Below, in pieces: positions 12,339-24,399 of a stretch of 64,000 bases of DNA. The notes below the pieces were generated by a model. The model had not been told where the DNA came from, searched no databases, and saw nothing but the letters and a program-made list of their open reading frames with translations. A program made the position numbers and the translations under genes. Source of the DNA: Squalus acanthias (taxonomy: Eukaryota); NCBI GenBank assembly GCA_030390025.1, contig CM059438.1:45570001-45634000 (forward strand). The letters run 5' to 3'. Position 1 is the first letter of the stretch. Each line of letters begins with the position of its first letter.

Positions 12339-13026
12339 TTGGCTGTGCCACTAGGTGGAGCACTCCATCTCGGGGTGTGGAAGAAGAGCTCGGACAAGAC
12401 TAACAGGATGTTGGAGAAGCTTACCCTCCTTCAGCGGACCGTGGGATTCCATAGTAACGCTAGTGAATGTTGCAGGCCGGTAACAAGGAGAATAAAGAGA
12501 AATATTGAGCGAAATAAAAACAGCGACAGATCAGTCCTCCTGTCAAGTCAGGGCCATTAACTCATCCCTGAACTGTAGTATATTTTACAGCATGATGCCA
12601 ATCTATTGCTGGGCAACTCTTTGCGATACAGTCTCAAATTACATGCTCAAAAAAATCAATTTTATTTTTCCTAAATATAGCTGATTCAGGAAAGAGGAAA
12701 TTTGATCTAGGTTCCAACTTATCAGTCGGAGACATGGTTTTGGTCTCTCTTTGACCTTACAAGGATACTGAGGATTGCTGATTGGCGACAGCTAGAAGGA
12801 ATGCAGGAAGCAAGTTCATCGGGTACGGCCTGGGCCTCCAGCCACTTAGGTCTTTACTTAAACAAACTGTTTAAATGCAAGTGGCAATTTGGTGTGTTAG
12901 CAATGAAGAGAGCTGAAGGAACTAGAGCAAGATACAGTAGTTCACGTAACCAAAACATTAAGTTTGCAGGAACCTCAGTTTCTCCTTGGAAAAAATTGCA
13001 CACATTTAGTGTAGTTATAAAGAAAG

Positions 13027-13275
13027 ATAAAAAAAATGAACTTGCATTTATCGCGCGCCTGTCACACCCTCGGGATGTCCCAAAGCGCTTTACCGCCAAT
13101 GAAGTACTTTTGAGGTGTAGTCACCGTTGCGATGTAGAGAAACGCGGCAGCCAATTTGCGCACAGCAAGCTCCCACAAACAGCAACGTGATAAATGGTCA
13201 GACCATCCTTTTAGTGATGTTGCTGATCGGACACATACTGGCCAGGACGCCGGGTGAATTCGCTCTTGAAAAATA
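13027..13275 (-). mobile_element. DeuSINE 3' part
   Basis: Reverse complement of the SINE at 29608. Confidence 0.8.
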
Positions 13276-13278
13276 TTA

Positions 13279-13969
13279 GGGCCGGTTTTAACCCCCTGCA
13301 CCCTTGAGAACGGGGAGTGCGGGGAGGGGTTAAAATCGTGGCAGTGTGGTAGTCCTCTTGTCCACGCCCCACTCACCCCCACCCCACCCCCGCGCCATTT
13401 TAACAGGCGAGTTTCAGACAGAAAGTGAGGCCTTCGCCCTAGGCAGACGAGGATCTGATGATGTCATTAAGATGTCGACACTATTTTTACGCCGTGTCCC
13501 GTGTTTGGCGCTCAGTGCCGTTTTCCCTAGAAACACCGGCCACCAAGGACCAGCAGGTCCAGAAGAGGGCCGAGAAGGTAAGTGATTTTCGTTTTTTAAG
13601 GATTGCTTGTTGGCAAGGAGGGGCAGGAGTGCTCCGCCAGGTCCCAAAATTAAACCTCGAACTCCCCTGGCCCCCTTCCCGTACTCCAACCGTGATGATG
13701 TCCAGAGCCCCCCCCAACCCTTAACGGTCCACTTTTGTGACTGACTGAGATGTTCCCGAAGGTCCCTGGATGCGGCCTCCTGCTGCGCTCGCCTCCTTCC
13801 CTTCCCCTCCCCCCGGCCTCCTCACCATTCCCGCCAGGTTCGGGCAGGAGTCGGGCCTGAACTATGCGGCCCGGGAGTGAAAATGGCCTGGAGGCCTCGT
13901 GTCAGTGAAGCAGAGCGCTCGCCCCACCGATCCCCCCGCTGAACTCTCACCCCAAGTTAAACCTGGGGC
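13279..13969. mobile_element. Harbinger-type MITE
   Basis: Ends GGGCCGGTTTTAAC and GTTAAACCTGGGGC; TTA/TAA flanks. Confidence 0.6.
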
Positions 13970-14242
13970 TAAAGACACTGCCCAACAGAGAATAGTGTAA
14001 TACAATCTTATTTTCAAGGACTCATCTTTTGAGTCTCTACAGCTTTTGAGGCAGGTTGTTGCTGATTTGGGTATTTGGGAACAAAATGATGATGGTTTTT
14101 ATTAAATAGTGAGCTGGTGGACCTATCGTGTCGGCCTTACCTTGCTCCAGTATTAACTCGGCATCGTGAAAAACACGAGTTTTTACAACATAAGAACATA
14201 AATGTTTTCCTCGACCTCCCCCCACCCCTGGTGTTTTTTTAA

Positions 14243-14409
14243 CATTTATTCATCCATGGGATGTGGGCGTCGCTGGCAAGGCCGGCATTTATTGCCCTGC
14301 CCTCATTGCCCTTGAGAAGGTGGTAGTGAGCCTCCTTCTTGAACCGCTGCAGACCCATGTGGTGAAGGTGCTCCCACACAGTGCTGTTAGGGAGGGCGGG
14401 CCAGGATTT
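14243..14409 (-). mobile_element. 3' tail of the CR1-like family seen at 31320
   Basis: Matches 31320-31480. Confidence 0.8.
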
Positions 14410-14790
14410 TGGCCACCTCTGGTTGGACATATTCCTGGAGATTACATCACATGACCTCCCACAGCCACCCGGCCCCGCCCCCACTCTCCTGCCATTGGTC
14501 GCCCGACATGTCCATCCTCGCAGGGCACCCTCGCCTTCCCTCGGCAATTGGAAAGCGGACAGACTCTTCGTTACCCGATTAGATGATTCTTGATTGTCAG
14601 GCGAACTGCCTTTTCCCCCCCATCTCCAATATTTTGACAATTAATAAACGAAAGTGTTCACAGAAAATGAATAATGCGCACAAATTTCTTAAGGCCCCTA
14701 TGATTTTTCTCCTGGGTTGCTCGCAGTGGTGTGCTGGCGATTAATATTAAACTCCTGGAGGCTCCAGGGCAATCTAGAGGGTTGGCGACC
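14410..14790 (-). mobile_element. Probable hAT-type MITE, same family as 11406-11755
   Basis: Reverse-complement homology to 11406-11755; ends GGTTGGCGACCC. Confidence 0.5.
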
Positions 14791-15489
14791 CCCCACCTCC
14801 CCACCTCCTCCGGCCCCCGGTCAGTAATTGGGACTTAGCACTGCCAGCTGGGAGCCTTACCCGTGGCATCTCATGTCAGACTGCACGTGGCTTTCTGACC
14901 ATCGAAAGCACGTGCCCAACATTCCGATACACGCTCCCCACCGACAGCGCCAAGCCGGAAAGCGACCCATACTTGGGACATGCCGCGCACACAGCTAATT
15001 CCTTGGCGTCAAAGAATGCAGCCAACATGTTACTAACTAGCCATTTGTCCTAAAGACTAGCAAGCACCTGTGCTGATGTTGGTAAATTACAAAAGGTCAG
15101 TAAGGGCACAGAGCACAATGCAGGACGAGCTGCACAGACACAACGCCATCAATTACAAATCAGGCCCCTTGTGTTCCTCGGTTATATCTGGATTCAGGAT
15201 TCCCAATAGCCTTTCTTGAAATAGGCTATCACAGGCATGATTAAACACCACCGCCTCTTACTGTGCTGAAGGCCTTGAAATTACGCTGTGAGCTCCTGGA
15301 GCAGAGACATTAATCCATTTATTTTGAACGTGTTGATGCCTCCCTTTCAAATTACCAGGATGAAAGAAAGACTTGCATTTCTATAGCACCTTTCACGAAC
15401 GGTCACTCCACAGCCAATGAAGTACTTTTGAAATGTAGTCACTGTTGTAATCTAGGAAACGCGGCAGCCAATTTGCGCTCAGAAAGATC

Positions 15490-16258
15490 CATCTTTGGTA
15501 GGAAGAATGAGGAGAGGCAATATGAACTAAATGTTACAATTTTAAAGGGGGTGGCAGGAACAGAGAGAGCTGGGGGTGTACGTACACAAGTCTTTGAAGG
15601 TGGCAGGACAAGTTGAGAAGACTGTTTAAAAAGAATACGGGATCCTTGGCTTTATTAATAGAGGCACAGAATACAAAAGCAAGGAAGTTGTGCTAAACCT
15701 TTATAAAACACTGGTTAGGCCTCAGCTGGAGTACTGTGTTCAATTCTGGGCACTTTAGGAAGGATGTCAGGGTCTTGGAGAGGGTGCAGAGGAGATTTAC
15801 TAGAATGGTACCAGGGATGAGGGACTTCAGTTATTTGGAGAGACTAGAGAAGCTGGGGTTGTTCTCCTTAGAGCAGAGAAGGTTGAGAGGAGATTTGACA
15901 GAGGTGTTCAAAATCACAAATGGTTTTGATAGAGTAAATAAAGAGGAACAGTTTCCAGTGTCGGGAAGGTCGGTAACCAGAGGACACAGATTTAGGCAAA
16001 AGAACCAGAGGCGACATGAGGAAACATGTTTTTACACAGCGAGTTGTTGTGAGCTGGAACGCGCTGCCTGAACGGTGGAAGCAGATTCAATAGTAACATT
16101 CAAAAGGGAATTGGATAAACACTTGAAGGGAAAAAAACTTCCAGGGCTACGGGGAAAGAGCGGGGGAGTGGGATTAATTGGATAGCTCTGCCAAAGAGCC
16201 GGCACAGGCACCATGGGCCAAATGACCTCCTTCTGTGCCGTCTGATTCTATGATTCTC
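15490..16258 (+). mobile_element. CR1 LINE 3' fragment
   Basis: FRKDVRVLERVQRRFTRMVPGMRDFSYLERLEKLGLFSLEQRRLRGDL and a (TTCTATGA)n tail. Confidence 0.9.
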
Positions 16259-16259
16259 T

Positions 16260-16985
16260 GGCCTAGAAATTCAGGGGTTTAGCGCCGGCTGGTAAGGCTG
16301 GTTTTGTGGAAAAAATGACGTCCGCCTTGCTTCCGCCCACTTCCAGTGCGGGCCGCGCCTGACGCCATATTGGTAAGGGCAAAAAAAAGAGAAAAAAGAG
16401 GCATTGTTTATCTTCATCTGAAGCAGGCGTTAGGCCATAAACATATTCAAATAAGGGGTCTAATGCCTGCTTCAGCTCCCTCTTGCACATTTAGCTTGCG
16501 TCTGAGGCAACCAGCGCCAGTGCCAGCGATGTTTACTCCTGGGAAAACAAACATTAAACAGCGCCAAATGAATAAAAGGTAAGTACTTATCATTATCATC
16601 TTCGACCCACTCCCAACTTTGACCTCCAGGCACTCCCTGATCTCCCCCCGACCCAGGCCTGGAACTCCAGGTCCCCTCCTGATGCTGGCCCCGAGTCACG
16701 ACCTCCCCCCGATTCTGACCCCAGTCACGACCTACCTCCCAATGCTGGCTCCGACCTCTGGGTCCGCCCCCCCCAATCCTGGCCCTGAGACCCGACCTAC
16801 CTCACAGTTCTTGCTGAGCGTTAAGCCGTTCAGCACATTCAGCACTGGGCTGAACGCCACAATAATGATAATGAGCAGGCAGCACCAAAATACCAGTGCT
16901 GCCCGTGCGCTCTTTTTGCGGGCAGCTGTTAACTTCAGCCCGTGGTGGCACCGGCAGGTTTCCGGCCGACTCGAATTTCTAGGCC
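16260..16985. mobile_element. Harbinger-type MITE with perfect 13-bp TIR GGCCTAGAAATTC
   Basis: GGCCTAGAAATTC...GAATTTCTAGGCC, inserted in a CR1 tail. Confidence 0.8.
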
Positions 16986-17237
16986 TTAGATTCTAAACAG
17001 CAATGTGATAATGACCAGATAATCTGTTTTAGTGACGTTGGTTGAGGGATAAATATTGGCCAGGGCACCAGGGAGAGCTCCCCTGCTCTTCTTCGAATAG
17101 TGCCATGGGATCTTTTACCTGAGTTGAAGGCAGGAGGTTGTGTGATGAAACCTCAGTTTAACATCTCATCCAAAAGAAGGCACCTCCGACAGTGCAGCAA
17201 TCCCTCAGTACTGCGCTGAAATGTCAATCTAGATTAT

Positions 17238-17675
17238 GGCCTAGAAATTAGTCAGCACAGCGCCCGTTTTTCGTGTGCTACTCGGACTACTAAGGCCCCA
17301 GCATGGCGGGCAGGAAGTGTGCCGCCCGCCATATTGAGAAAAATCAGAAAAATGCATCTACTGCCCACACCTGCAACAGGCAATTAGGCCCTTTGCAGAT
17401 GGCAATAGGGGGCCTAACACCTCTTTGAGACCCCCCTCTCCAAGATTGGTTTGCCCTGAGGCAGCCGATGCCAGCACTGGCTGCAGTCATGGAAACCAGG
17501 CCTAGGGATCGTCAGTTAGGCCTGACCAAGAAGGCAAGTAACTTCCCTGAATGTGGAGCCTGGAGCAGGAGGAGCTCCCCCCACTCCACATGAAAGGAAC
17601 TCATCCCCGCTCCTGTCCCCCATCCCCGCCCCTCCCCCATCCCCACCCTTCCCACCTCCTCACCGCTCACCAGAG
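17238..17675. mobile_element. Truncated MITE related to 16260-16985
   Basis: Left end GGCCTAGAAATT; right end lost at the CR1 junction. Confidence 0.55.
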
Positions 17676-17896
17676 GGTTGTCAATCTTTGGAATTCTTTA
17701 CCCAGAGGGCTGTGGTTGCTCAGTCGTTGAGTATATTCAAGGCTGCGATCGATAGATTTTTGGACACTAAAGGAATCAAGGGATATGGGGATCGGGCGGG
17801 AAAGTGGAGTTGATGTAAAATTTCAGCAGTGATCTTATTGAATGGTGGAGCAGGCTCAAGGGGCCTACTCCTGCTCCTAATCCTTATGCTCTTATG
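17676..17896 (+). mobile_element. CR1 LINE 3' end
   Basis: QRAVVAQSLSIFKAAIDRFLDTKGIKGYGDRAGKWS*. Confidence 0.85.
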
Positions 17897-18889
17897 TCCT
17901 GTGGCAGCAGGAAGTGGCAGCAAACTTCCTCTTGGCAGAGCAGAGCAACCCTACAATTGGTAGGAAAAAAACATATTTTTTTTAAAGTGATCATTTACCT
18001 AAGTAAATCTGTGTGTATCCCTCCACAGAGTCATATCACTGGGACTCCTCACCTTTTTAATTTTTTTGTGCTCCTAACGTATTGCTATCAGTCAGGATGA
18101 GGGCTACGGTTATCTCTGCCACAGGCCGTGCTGAGGAAATTGATCTTTGCTGGCAGAAGGCTGTACCAGTCGAGATAGAGTGTGACCTCTTGAAGTTTTA
18201 TAATCCAAATGACTCTGCTTTGCATATCAAAGAGGGCTCGGTGATTGAAGCTTATTGTTCTGAACACCTAGTCTGCTCCAGCCTATGTATTGGCAAATAT
18301 TAAATAGCTGCACACTCCCTGTGCTAATTGCATCTCCTCTCTTTCATCTCCAGCTACTGCACTAGATAAAAAACGACTCATTTATCAATTGGAACAACAT
18401 GAATTTAACCAAGACCATTAAAGAAAAAGTCCAGAGAATTTCTTTTTTTAAATTCCTTTTCATATGAGTGAAGATAAAGAAAGTAGACAATTTTTGCCAT
18501 GCTGCTGTTTATATCAGTTACACGGAGATCTAAAGCTGCCTTTAAAGATAAGACTCCCATCACAGTTTCAGAATCCATGCTGGGCTGATCATTTTTGCAG
18601 TGGATATCTTGGAGCGTTTGCGGACAAATTTCAGGTCTCTTACCTCGGTTTTCACCTCTTCGTATCACCCCTAATCGCTTTTGCCAATGTCGAATCATCG
18701 AATCGTACAGCACAGAAGGAGGCCGTTCAGCCCATCGTGCCCATGCCAGCTCTTTGTGAAAGAGCTCTCCAATTTGTCCCACTCCCCACAGCCCTGCAAA
18801 TTTTTCCTTTTCAAGTATTTATCCAATTCCCTTTTGAAAGTTAGAAGTCGCACAACACCAGGTTATAGTCCAACAGATTTATTTAAAAT

Positions 18890-18925
18890 TACAAGCTTTC
18901 GGAGCTGTCGGCCCTTCCTCAGGTA
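18890..18925 (-). ncRNA. Minimal type I hammerhead ribozyme (helix II weakened)
   Basis: UAC-CUGAGGA-A-GGGCC gaca GCUCC-GAAA-GC-UU/GUA. Confidence 0.65.
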
Positions 18926-19167
18926 GAGTTACTGTGAGACAATCTACCAGAATTCACAGAATATAAACACAGAGAAAATGCGATTCAATCTTTCCCTACA
19001 TCAAAGACACACTAAGAGCACAGCCAAGACAATGAGATGTGTCCCAGGGGGTCCAACGTGTCAAAACACCTGCTGGCTGCATATCCTCTCCATTTGGGTT
19101 TGTTTCTTGTGTTTGTTTCTTGTGTTTGTTTTTTTAAAAAGCTGGAAAGACCGGCAACGATGTCAAG

Positions 19168-20327
19168 TCACGTTCTGTAGCGTGACATGAACCCGATATC
19201 CCGATTGAGGCCGTCCTCATGAGTGCGGAACTTGGCTATCAGTTTCTGCTCGATGATTTTGCGTTGTCGTGTATCCCGAAGGCCGCCTTGGAGAACGCTA
19301 ACCCGCAGATCCGAGGCTGAATGCCCTTGACTGCTGAAGTGTTCCCCGACTGGGAGGCAACCCTCCTGCCTGGCGATTGTTGCGCAGTGTCCGTTCATAC
19401 GTTGTCTCAGTGTCTGCATGGTCTCGCCGATGTACCATGCTCTGGGGCATCCTTTACTGCAATGTATCAGGTAGACAATGTTGGCCGAGTCACATGAGTA
19501 TGTACCATGTACCTGGTGGGTAGTGTCCTCACGTGTGATGACGGTATCTGTGTCCATGATCTGGCATGTCTTGCAGAGGTTGCCGTGGCAGGGTTGTGTG
19601 GTGTCGTGGTCGCTGTTCTCCTGAAAGCTGGGTAATTTGCTGCGAACGATGGTACTTCTGAGGTTAGGCGGCTGCTTGAAGGCGAGTAGTGGAGGCGTGG
19701 GGATGGCCTTAGCAAGGTGTTCGTCGTCATCGATGACATGTTGAAGGCTGCGAAGAACATGGCGTAGTTTCTCCGCTCCGGGGAAGTACTGGACGACGTA
19801 GGGTACTCTGTTGGTTGTGTCCCGTGTTCGTCTTCTGAGGAGGTCTATGTGGTTTTTCGCTGTGGCCCGTCGGAACTGTCGATCGACGAGTCGAGCGTCA
19901 TATCCCGTTCTTACGAGGGCGTCTTTCAGTGTCCGTAGGTGTCCATCGCGTTCCTCCTCGTCTGAGCAGATCCTGTGTATTCGCAGGGCTTGTCCATAGG
20001 GGATGGCTTCTTTAACGTGGTTAGGGTGGAAGCTGGAGAAGTGGAGCATCGTGAGGTTGTCCGTGGGCTTGCAGTAGAGTGAAGTGCTGAGGCGTCCGTC
20101 TTTGATGGAGATTCGTGTGTCCAAGAATTAAACCGATTCTGAGGAGTAGTCCATGGTGAGTTTGATGGTGGGATGGAACCTGTTGATGCTATCGTGTAGT
20201 CCTTTCAGTGATCCTTCGCCGTGGGTCCAAAGGAAGAAGATGTCGTCGATGTATCTGGTGTACAGCATTGGTTGGAGGTCCTGTGCAGCGAAGAAGTCTT
20301 GCTCGAACTTGTGCATGAAGATGACCA
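19168..20327 (-). pseudogene. Penelope RT C-terminal part and GIY-YIG endonuclease (one stop near 20128)
   Basis: RYIDDIFFLW (RT); NIVYLIHCSKGCPRAWYIGETMQTLRQRMNGH (GIY-YIG); GLN terminal motif. Confidence 0.9.
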
Positions 20328-20705
20328 CTTTTGAAAGTTACTATTGAATCTGCTTCCACCAGCCCTTTCAGGCAGTGCGTTTGAGATCAGAACGACTATT
20401 TGATTTCTGAACAGGTTCGTGCATTTGTCCATCCTCAAAATATCATCTGCATCCAAAATATGCCCTGCAGATGTATTCGATATGCTTCCAACTTAGTGTG
20501 GTTTATGTGTACAGGTGGCCACTTGACACAGGCAATTGGTCCAATCCATGGTTAACAGGTACATTCCTGTGGGAGTGAAGATAATCAGACTACATGTCAA
20601 GGAGAACAGGCAACAGTACTGAAGTACTGTCTTTCCCCTATAATTAACATTGTATTTGTTAAATATATTTTCTACTCTCAGCCTGTCCCTGTATTAGGAC
20701 ACCTT

Positions 20706-20877
20706 AAGAAAGAAGAAAGAAATTGCATTTATATAGCGCCTTTCTCGAGCTCAAGACCTCCCTCAGCGCTTTACAGTCACTTTTTGAAGTGTAGTCACTG
20801 TTGTAATGTAGGAAACGAGGCAGCCAATTTGCGCACAGCAAGCTCCCACAAACAGCAATGTGATCATGAGCAGATAA
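20706..20877 (-). mobile_element. DeuSINE 3' part
   Basis: Reverse complement of the SINE tail. Confidence 0.8.
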
Positions 20878-21058
20878 TCCCTGCCTCTGCACCTGCTTAA
20901 AATCTGTTACATCTCTAACTTGTTCCAGTTCTGACGAAGGGTCACAGACCTGAAACGTTAACTCTGTTTCTCTCTCCACGGATGCTGCCTGGCCTGCTGA
21001 GTGTTTCCAGCGTTTTCTGTTGTTATTTCAGATTTCCAGCATCCGCAGTATTTTGCTA
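20878..21058 (+). mobile_element. Solitary Penelope family B terminal repeat
   Basis: Near-identical to 55338-55519; no ORF. Confidence 0.85.
20927..20963 (+). ncRNA. Minimal type I hammerhead ribozyme
   Basis: AGUU-CUGACGA-AGGGUC aca GACCU-GAAA-CG-UU/AACU. Confidence 0.8.
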
Positions 21059-21888
21059 TTGTAGGAGAGAAAGTGTGGTTGCAAGTTAAATCTGTACATA
21101 CTGTGGCGGACAAGGCCTTACCAGCGACGCCCACATCCCATAAATAAAATATAAAAAAACATAAATATTTTAAATCTGAAAAGACAATATTTCTGATATA
21201 GCCTTATTGAAATGTCACTTCCCTCAATATGAGGGAACTGGCAGAGTGCGATATAATGATCAAAAGGAGTGACATGGATTGCAAACCCATTTAAACACAG
21301 GGAGCCACATTTATTTTTAAGAGTGAGAGACATCAAAATAAGCTGCATTTTAGGATGCAAATGATTGAGACCCAAAGGAAAAATGTGAGACTTAGCATTT
21401 ACAGTCAGAAATTCAGGAAAATGATTAATACATCATTTCTGGCCAAAGAGGTGCTCGTTGAAATATTAAGAGATGTAAATATACCGATTTGATTGCAGCG
21501 GCGTGTTCATAGTGAGAAGCAGAGGCTGGCAAAGCGTTTTCCAAATTCAGCTAGCTTTAGATCATTTCGGACTTTGGCCACCACATCGGCCTGTTCCAGG
21601 ACGGTTAGCGCTGCTTTCTCAAAACTGAGTGCACCCTTAAATAAACTGAATCCTTACTTTGAATTCAGAATCTGGAAAAGTGGGGTCCTGAATCCAACCT
21701 AAATCTCCCAATGTACTCCCGTTAGGTAGTCAGCTTCACCTTCCAAAGCTAGTAAGGCCTCCACCACAGCAGAGGCTTGAGAAGCACATCAACAGTTAAG
21801 GATAATATCATCGATATTTCCATCAATCAGAAACAGATAACCTTCATTTAAGAAGTAGTCGTGTAGTGCTGAGATGACTGGTATAAGG

Positions 21889-22799
21889 GTTGTTCAACCT
21901 CCGTCGCCTCCAGCCCAGATCCAAGGTCGCCCCATCCTCTGTCATCGAATTACAGTATGCAGACAACGCTTGCGTCTGCGCTCACTCGGAGGTCGAACTC
22001 CAAACCATCATCAACACCTTCACCGAAGCGTACGAGAACATGGGCCTTACACTAAACATCCGTAAGACAAAGGTCCTCTACCAACCTGCCCCCGCCACAC
22101 AGTACTGCCCCCCGATTATCAAAATCCATGACGAGGCCTTGGACAATGTGGACCTCTTTCCATACCTCGGGAGCCTGCTGTCAACAAGGGCAGACGTCGA
22201 TGATGAAGTCCAACACCGCCTTCAGTGTGCCAGTGCAGCCTTCGGTCGCCTGAAGAAGAGAGTGTTTGAAGACCAGGACCTCAAAACCCAGCACCAAGCT
22301 CATGGTCTACAGAGCAGTAGTGATTCCCGCCCTCCTGTATGCTTCAGAGACATTGACCACGCTCGATCAGCTCCGATGGACGGGCCACATTGTCCGCATG
22401 CCCGATACGAGACTCCCAAAACAAGCGCTCTACTCAGAGCTCCGACACGGCAGGAGAGCCCCAGGTGGGCAGAGGAAACACTTCAAGGACATCCTCAAAG
22501 CCTCCTTGAAAAAGTGCAACATCCCCACCAACACCTGGGAATCCCTGGCCCAAGACCACTCAAAGTGGAGGAGAAGCATCCGGGAAGGCGCCGAACACCT
22601 CGAGTCTCTTCGCCGGGAGCAAGCGGAAGCCAAGCGCAAACAGCGGAAGGAGCGCACGTCAACCCAAGCACCCCACCCACCCGCCCCTTCAACCACCGTC
22701 TGCCCCACGAGACTGTATGTCCCGCATTGAGAACTCATTTTTAGTGTGGAAGCAAGTCGTCCTCAGTTCCGAGGGACTGCCTAAGAAGAAGAAAAAGAA
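21889..22799 (+). mobile_element. RTE-clade (BovB-like) LINE, 5'-truncated and frameshifted
   Basis: LFNLRRLQ, ELQYADN (degenerate YADD), FPYLGS, QLRWTGHIVRMPDTRLPKQALYSEL and a (GAA)n tail. Confidence 0.9.
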
Positions 22800-22807
22800 G
22801 GTATAAG

Positions 22808-23150
22808 GGGCAGTACTGAGGCAGTGCTACACTGTCGGAGGTGCCTTCTTTCAGATGAAGCATTAAACCAAGGTCCCCTCTTCCCCCTCAGATGGACGTA
22901 AAGGATCCCCCAGCACTAGTCAAAGAAAAGGGGAGTTCTCCCCGGTGTGCTGGCCAACATTTATCCCTCAACTGATATCAATAAGAAACCAGATTATCTG
23001 CTCATGATCACATTGCTGATTGTGGGAGCTTGCTGTGCGCAAATTGGCTGCCGCGTTTCCTACATTACAACAGTGACTCCACTTCAAACAGTGACTGTAA
23101 AGCACCTAGGGAGGTCCTGAGCTCGAGAAAGCCATTATATAAATGCAATT
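22808..23150 (+). mobile_element. DeuSINE, 5'-truncated
   Basis: Deu-domain and tail match 29608. Confidence 0.8.
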
Positions 23151-23151
23151 T

Positions 23152-23530
23152 GAAACATATGATACTGAGAGGGCTCGACAAGGTAGATACAGAGAAGATA
23201 TTTCCCCTTGTGGGGGAATCTAGAACTAGGGGGTTTAGTTTCAGAATAAGGGGTCGCCCATTTAAAACTGAGATGAGGAGGAATTTCTTCTCTCAAAGAG
23301 TTCTAAATCTGTGGAATTCTCTGCCTCATGTGAAGGCTGGCTCATTGAATATATTTAAGGTGGAGATGGACAGATTTTTGAACAATAAGGGAGTGATGGG
23401 TTATGGGGAGCGGGCAGGGAAATGGAGCTGAGCCCAAGATCAGATCAGCCATGATCTCATTAAATGGCGGAGCAGGCTCGAGGGGCCAAATGGCCGACTC
23501 CTGCTCCTATTTCTTATGTTCTTGTATTCT
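23152..23530 (+). mobile_element. CR1 LINE 3' end
   Basis: LRGLDKVDTEKIFPLVGESRTRG...GKWS*. Confidence 0.85.
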
Positions 23531-24399
23531 TCTTTCTGTTACAGGCTGAGAGTCGAAAATATCTTTAACAAATACGATGTAAATTATTGGGGAAAGACAG
23601 CATTTCAGTAGATATCCTCTTACAGCAGTGCTAAATTGCCGAGTGTCTTTTATATAATGGCCATTCATTGTTCTGTCAAGTTTTTACACATACATGTATG
23701 AACAGACAGATTTTGGATTAGTTTCACGCATAGGGCTAGCTCCTGACTTTGTGCAGCAGTGTGAAACGGATGACAGGGAGTTGGCAGGCCGTTTTACATT
23801 TCTATCGAAGTCCAGATCTAGCCCACAGCGCTCAGATTATTGTCACACCCTTGTACATTCAGTGTGCAAGTTTATCCCGGATCTACTTTTTTTGAGCAAA
23901 ACTTTACCAAGCTGCTTTAACATTGGCGCCATTTATTTGAGTCGTGCAAGTATTATTAGCGAAGCAAAGAAAAAAAATACTCAAAAGCGTAATTTTCCCT
24001 GGAGAGCGATGTACCAAAGATGAAAATAGAAAACATCAGAATGTCAGCTCCGTCGTATCAAGTGGCATTAGTGCCCCAACCTTGCAGTGTGTACAGCCTG
24101 CTGAAATTGTGGATCAGTACCAACATCAGCAAGCGGTCAGATGGATTTGGTCCCTTGATAATAAATTGCCTTTAATTACCACTCACTATAAATAACCGCA
24201 GCAGAAAAGTCACAAAACAGATTTTGCTGACACTAGTAGGCAACAGGTTAATGAAGTGTTTTTTTTTTGTTGCTGTTGCCGAGGAGGCAGTAATTACGGT
24301 GCACACAGTTGCAGTCAAAGTGGCCGCTATTCCCCTCTCTCCAGTATTTAGCAGCGCCCGGGACTGTCAGTGCCACCCACGAGGTCTCGCTACTTTTAT

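Larger units (their letters stand above)
15362..17237 (-). mobile_element. DeuSINE interrupted by a CR1 fragment and a MITE
   Basis: SINE 3' part at 15362-15479 resumes at ~16993 (AAACAGCAATGTGATAATGACC). Confidence 0.75.
18844..20327 (-). mobile_element. Penelope-like element (family A), 5'-truncated, inserted in a CR1 3' fragment
   Basis: Flanked by the direct repeat CTTTTGAAAGTTA (18831-18843 and 20328-20340); RT and GIY-YIG ORF; terminal repeat with a hammerhead. Confidence 0.9.

Noticed and set aside
21520-21660. Minus-strand peptide GALSFEKAALTVLEQADVVAKVRNDLKLAEFGKRFASLCFSL* as a terminal exon
   Set aside because: Protein-like but short, weak acceptor, no recognisable family and no partner exons; needs BLASTX
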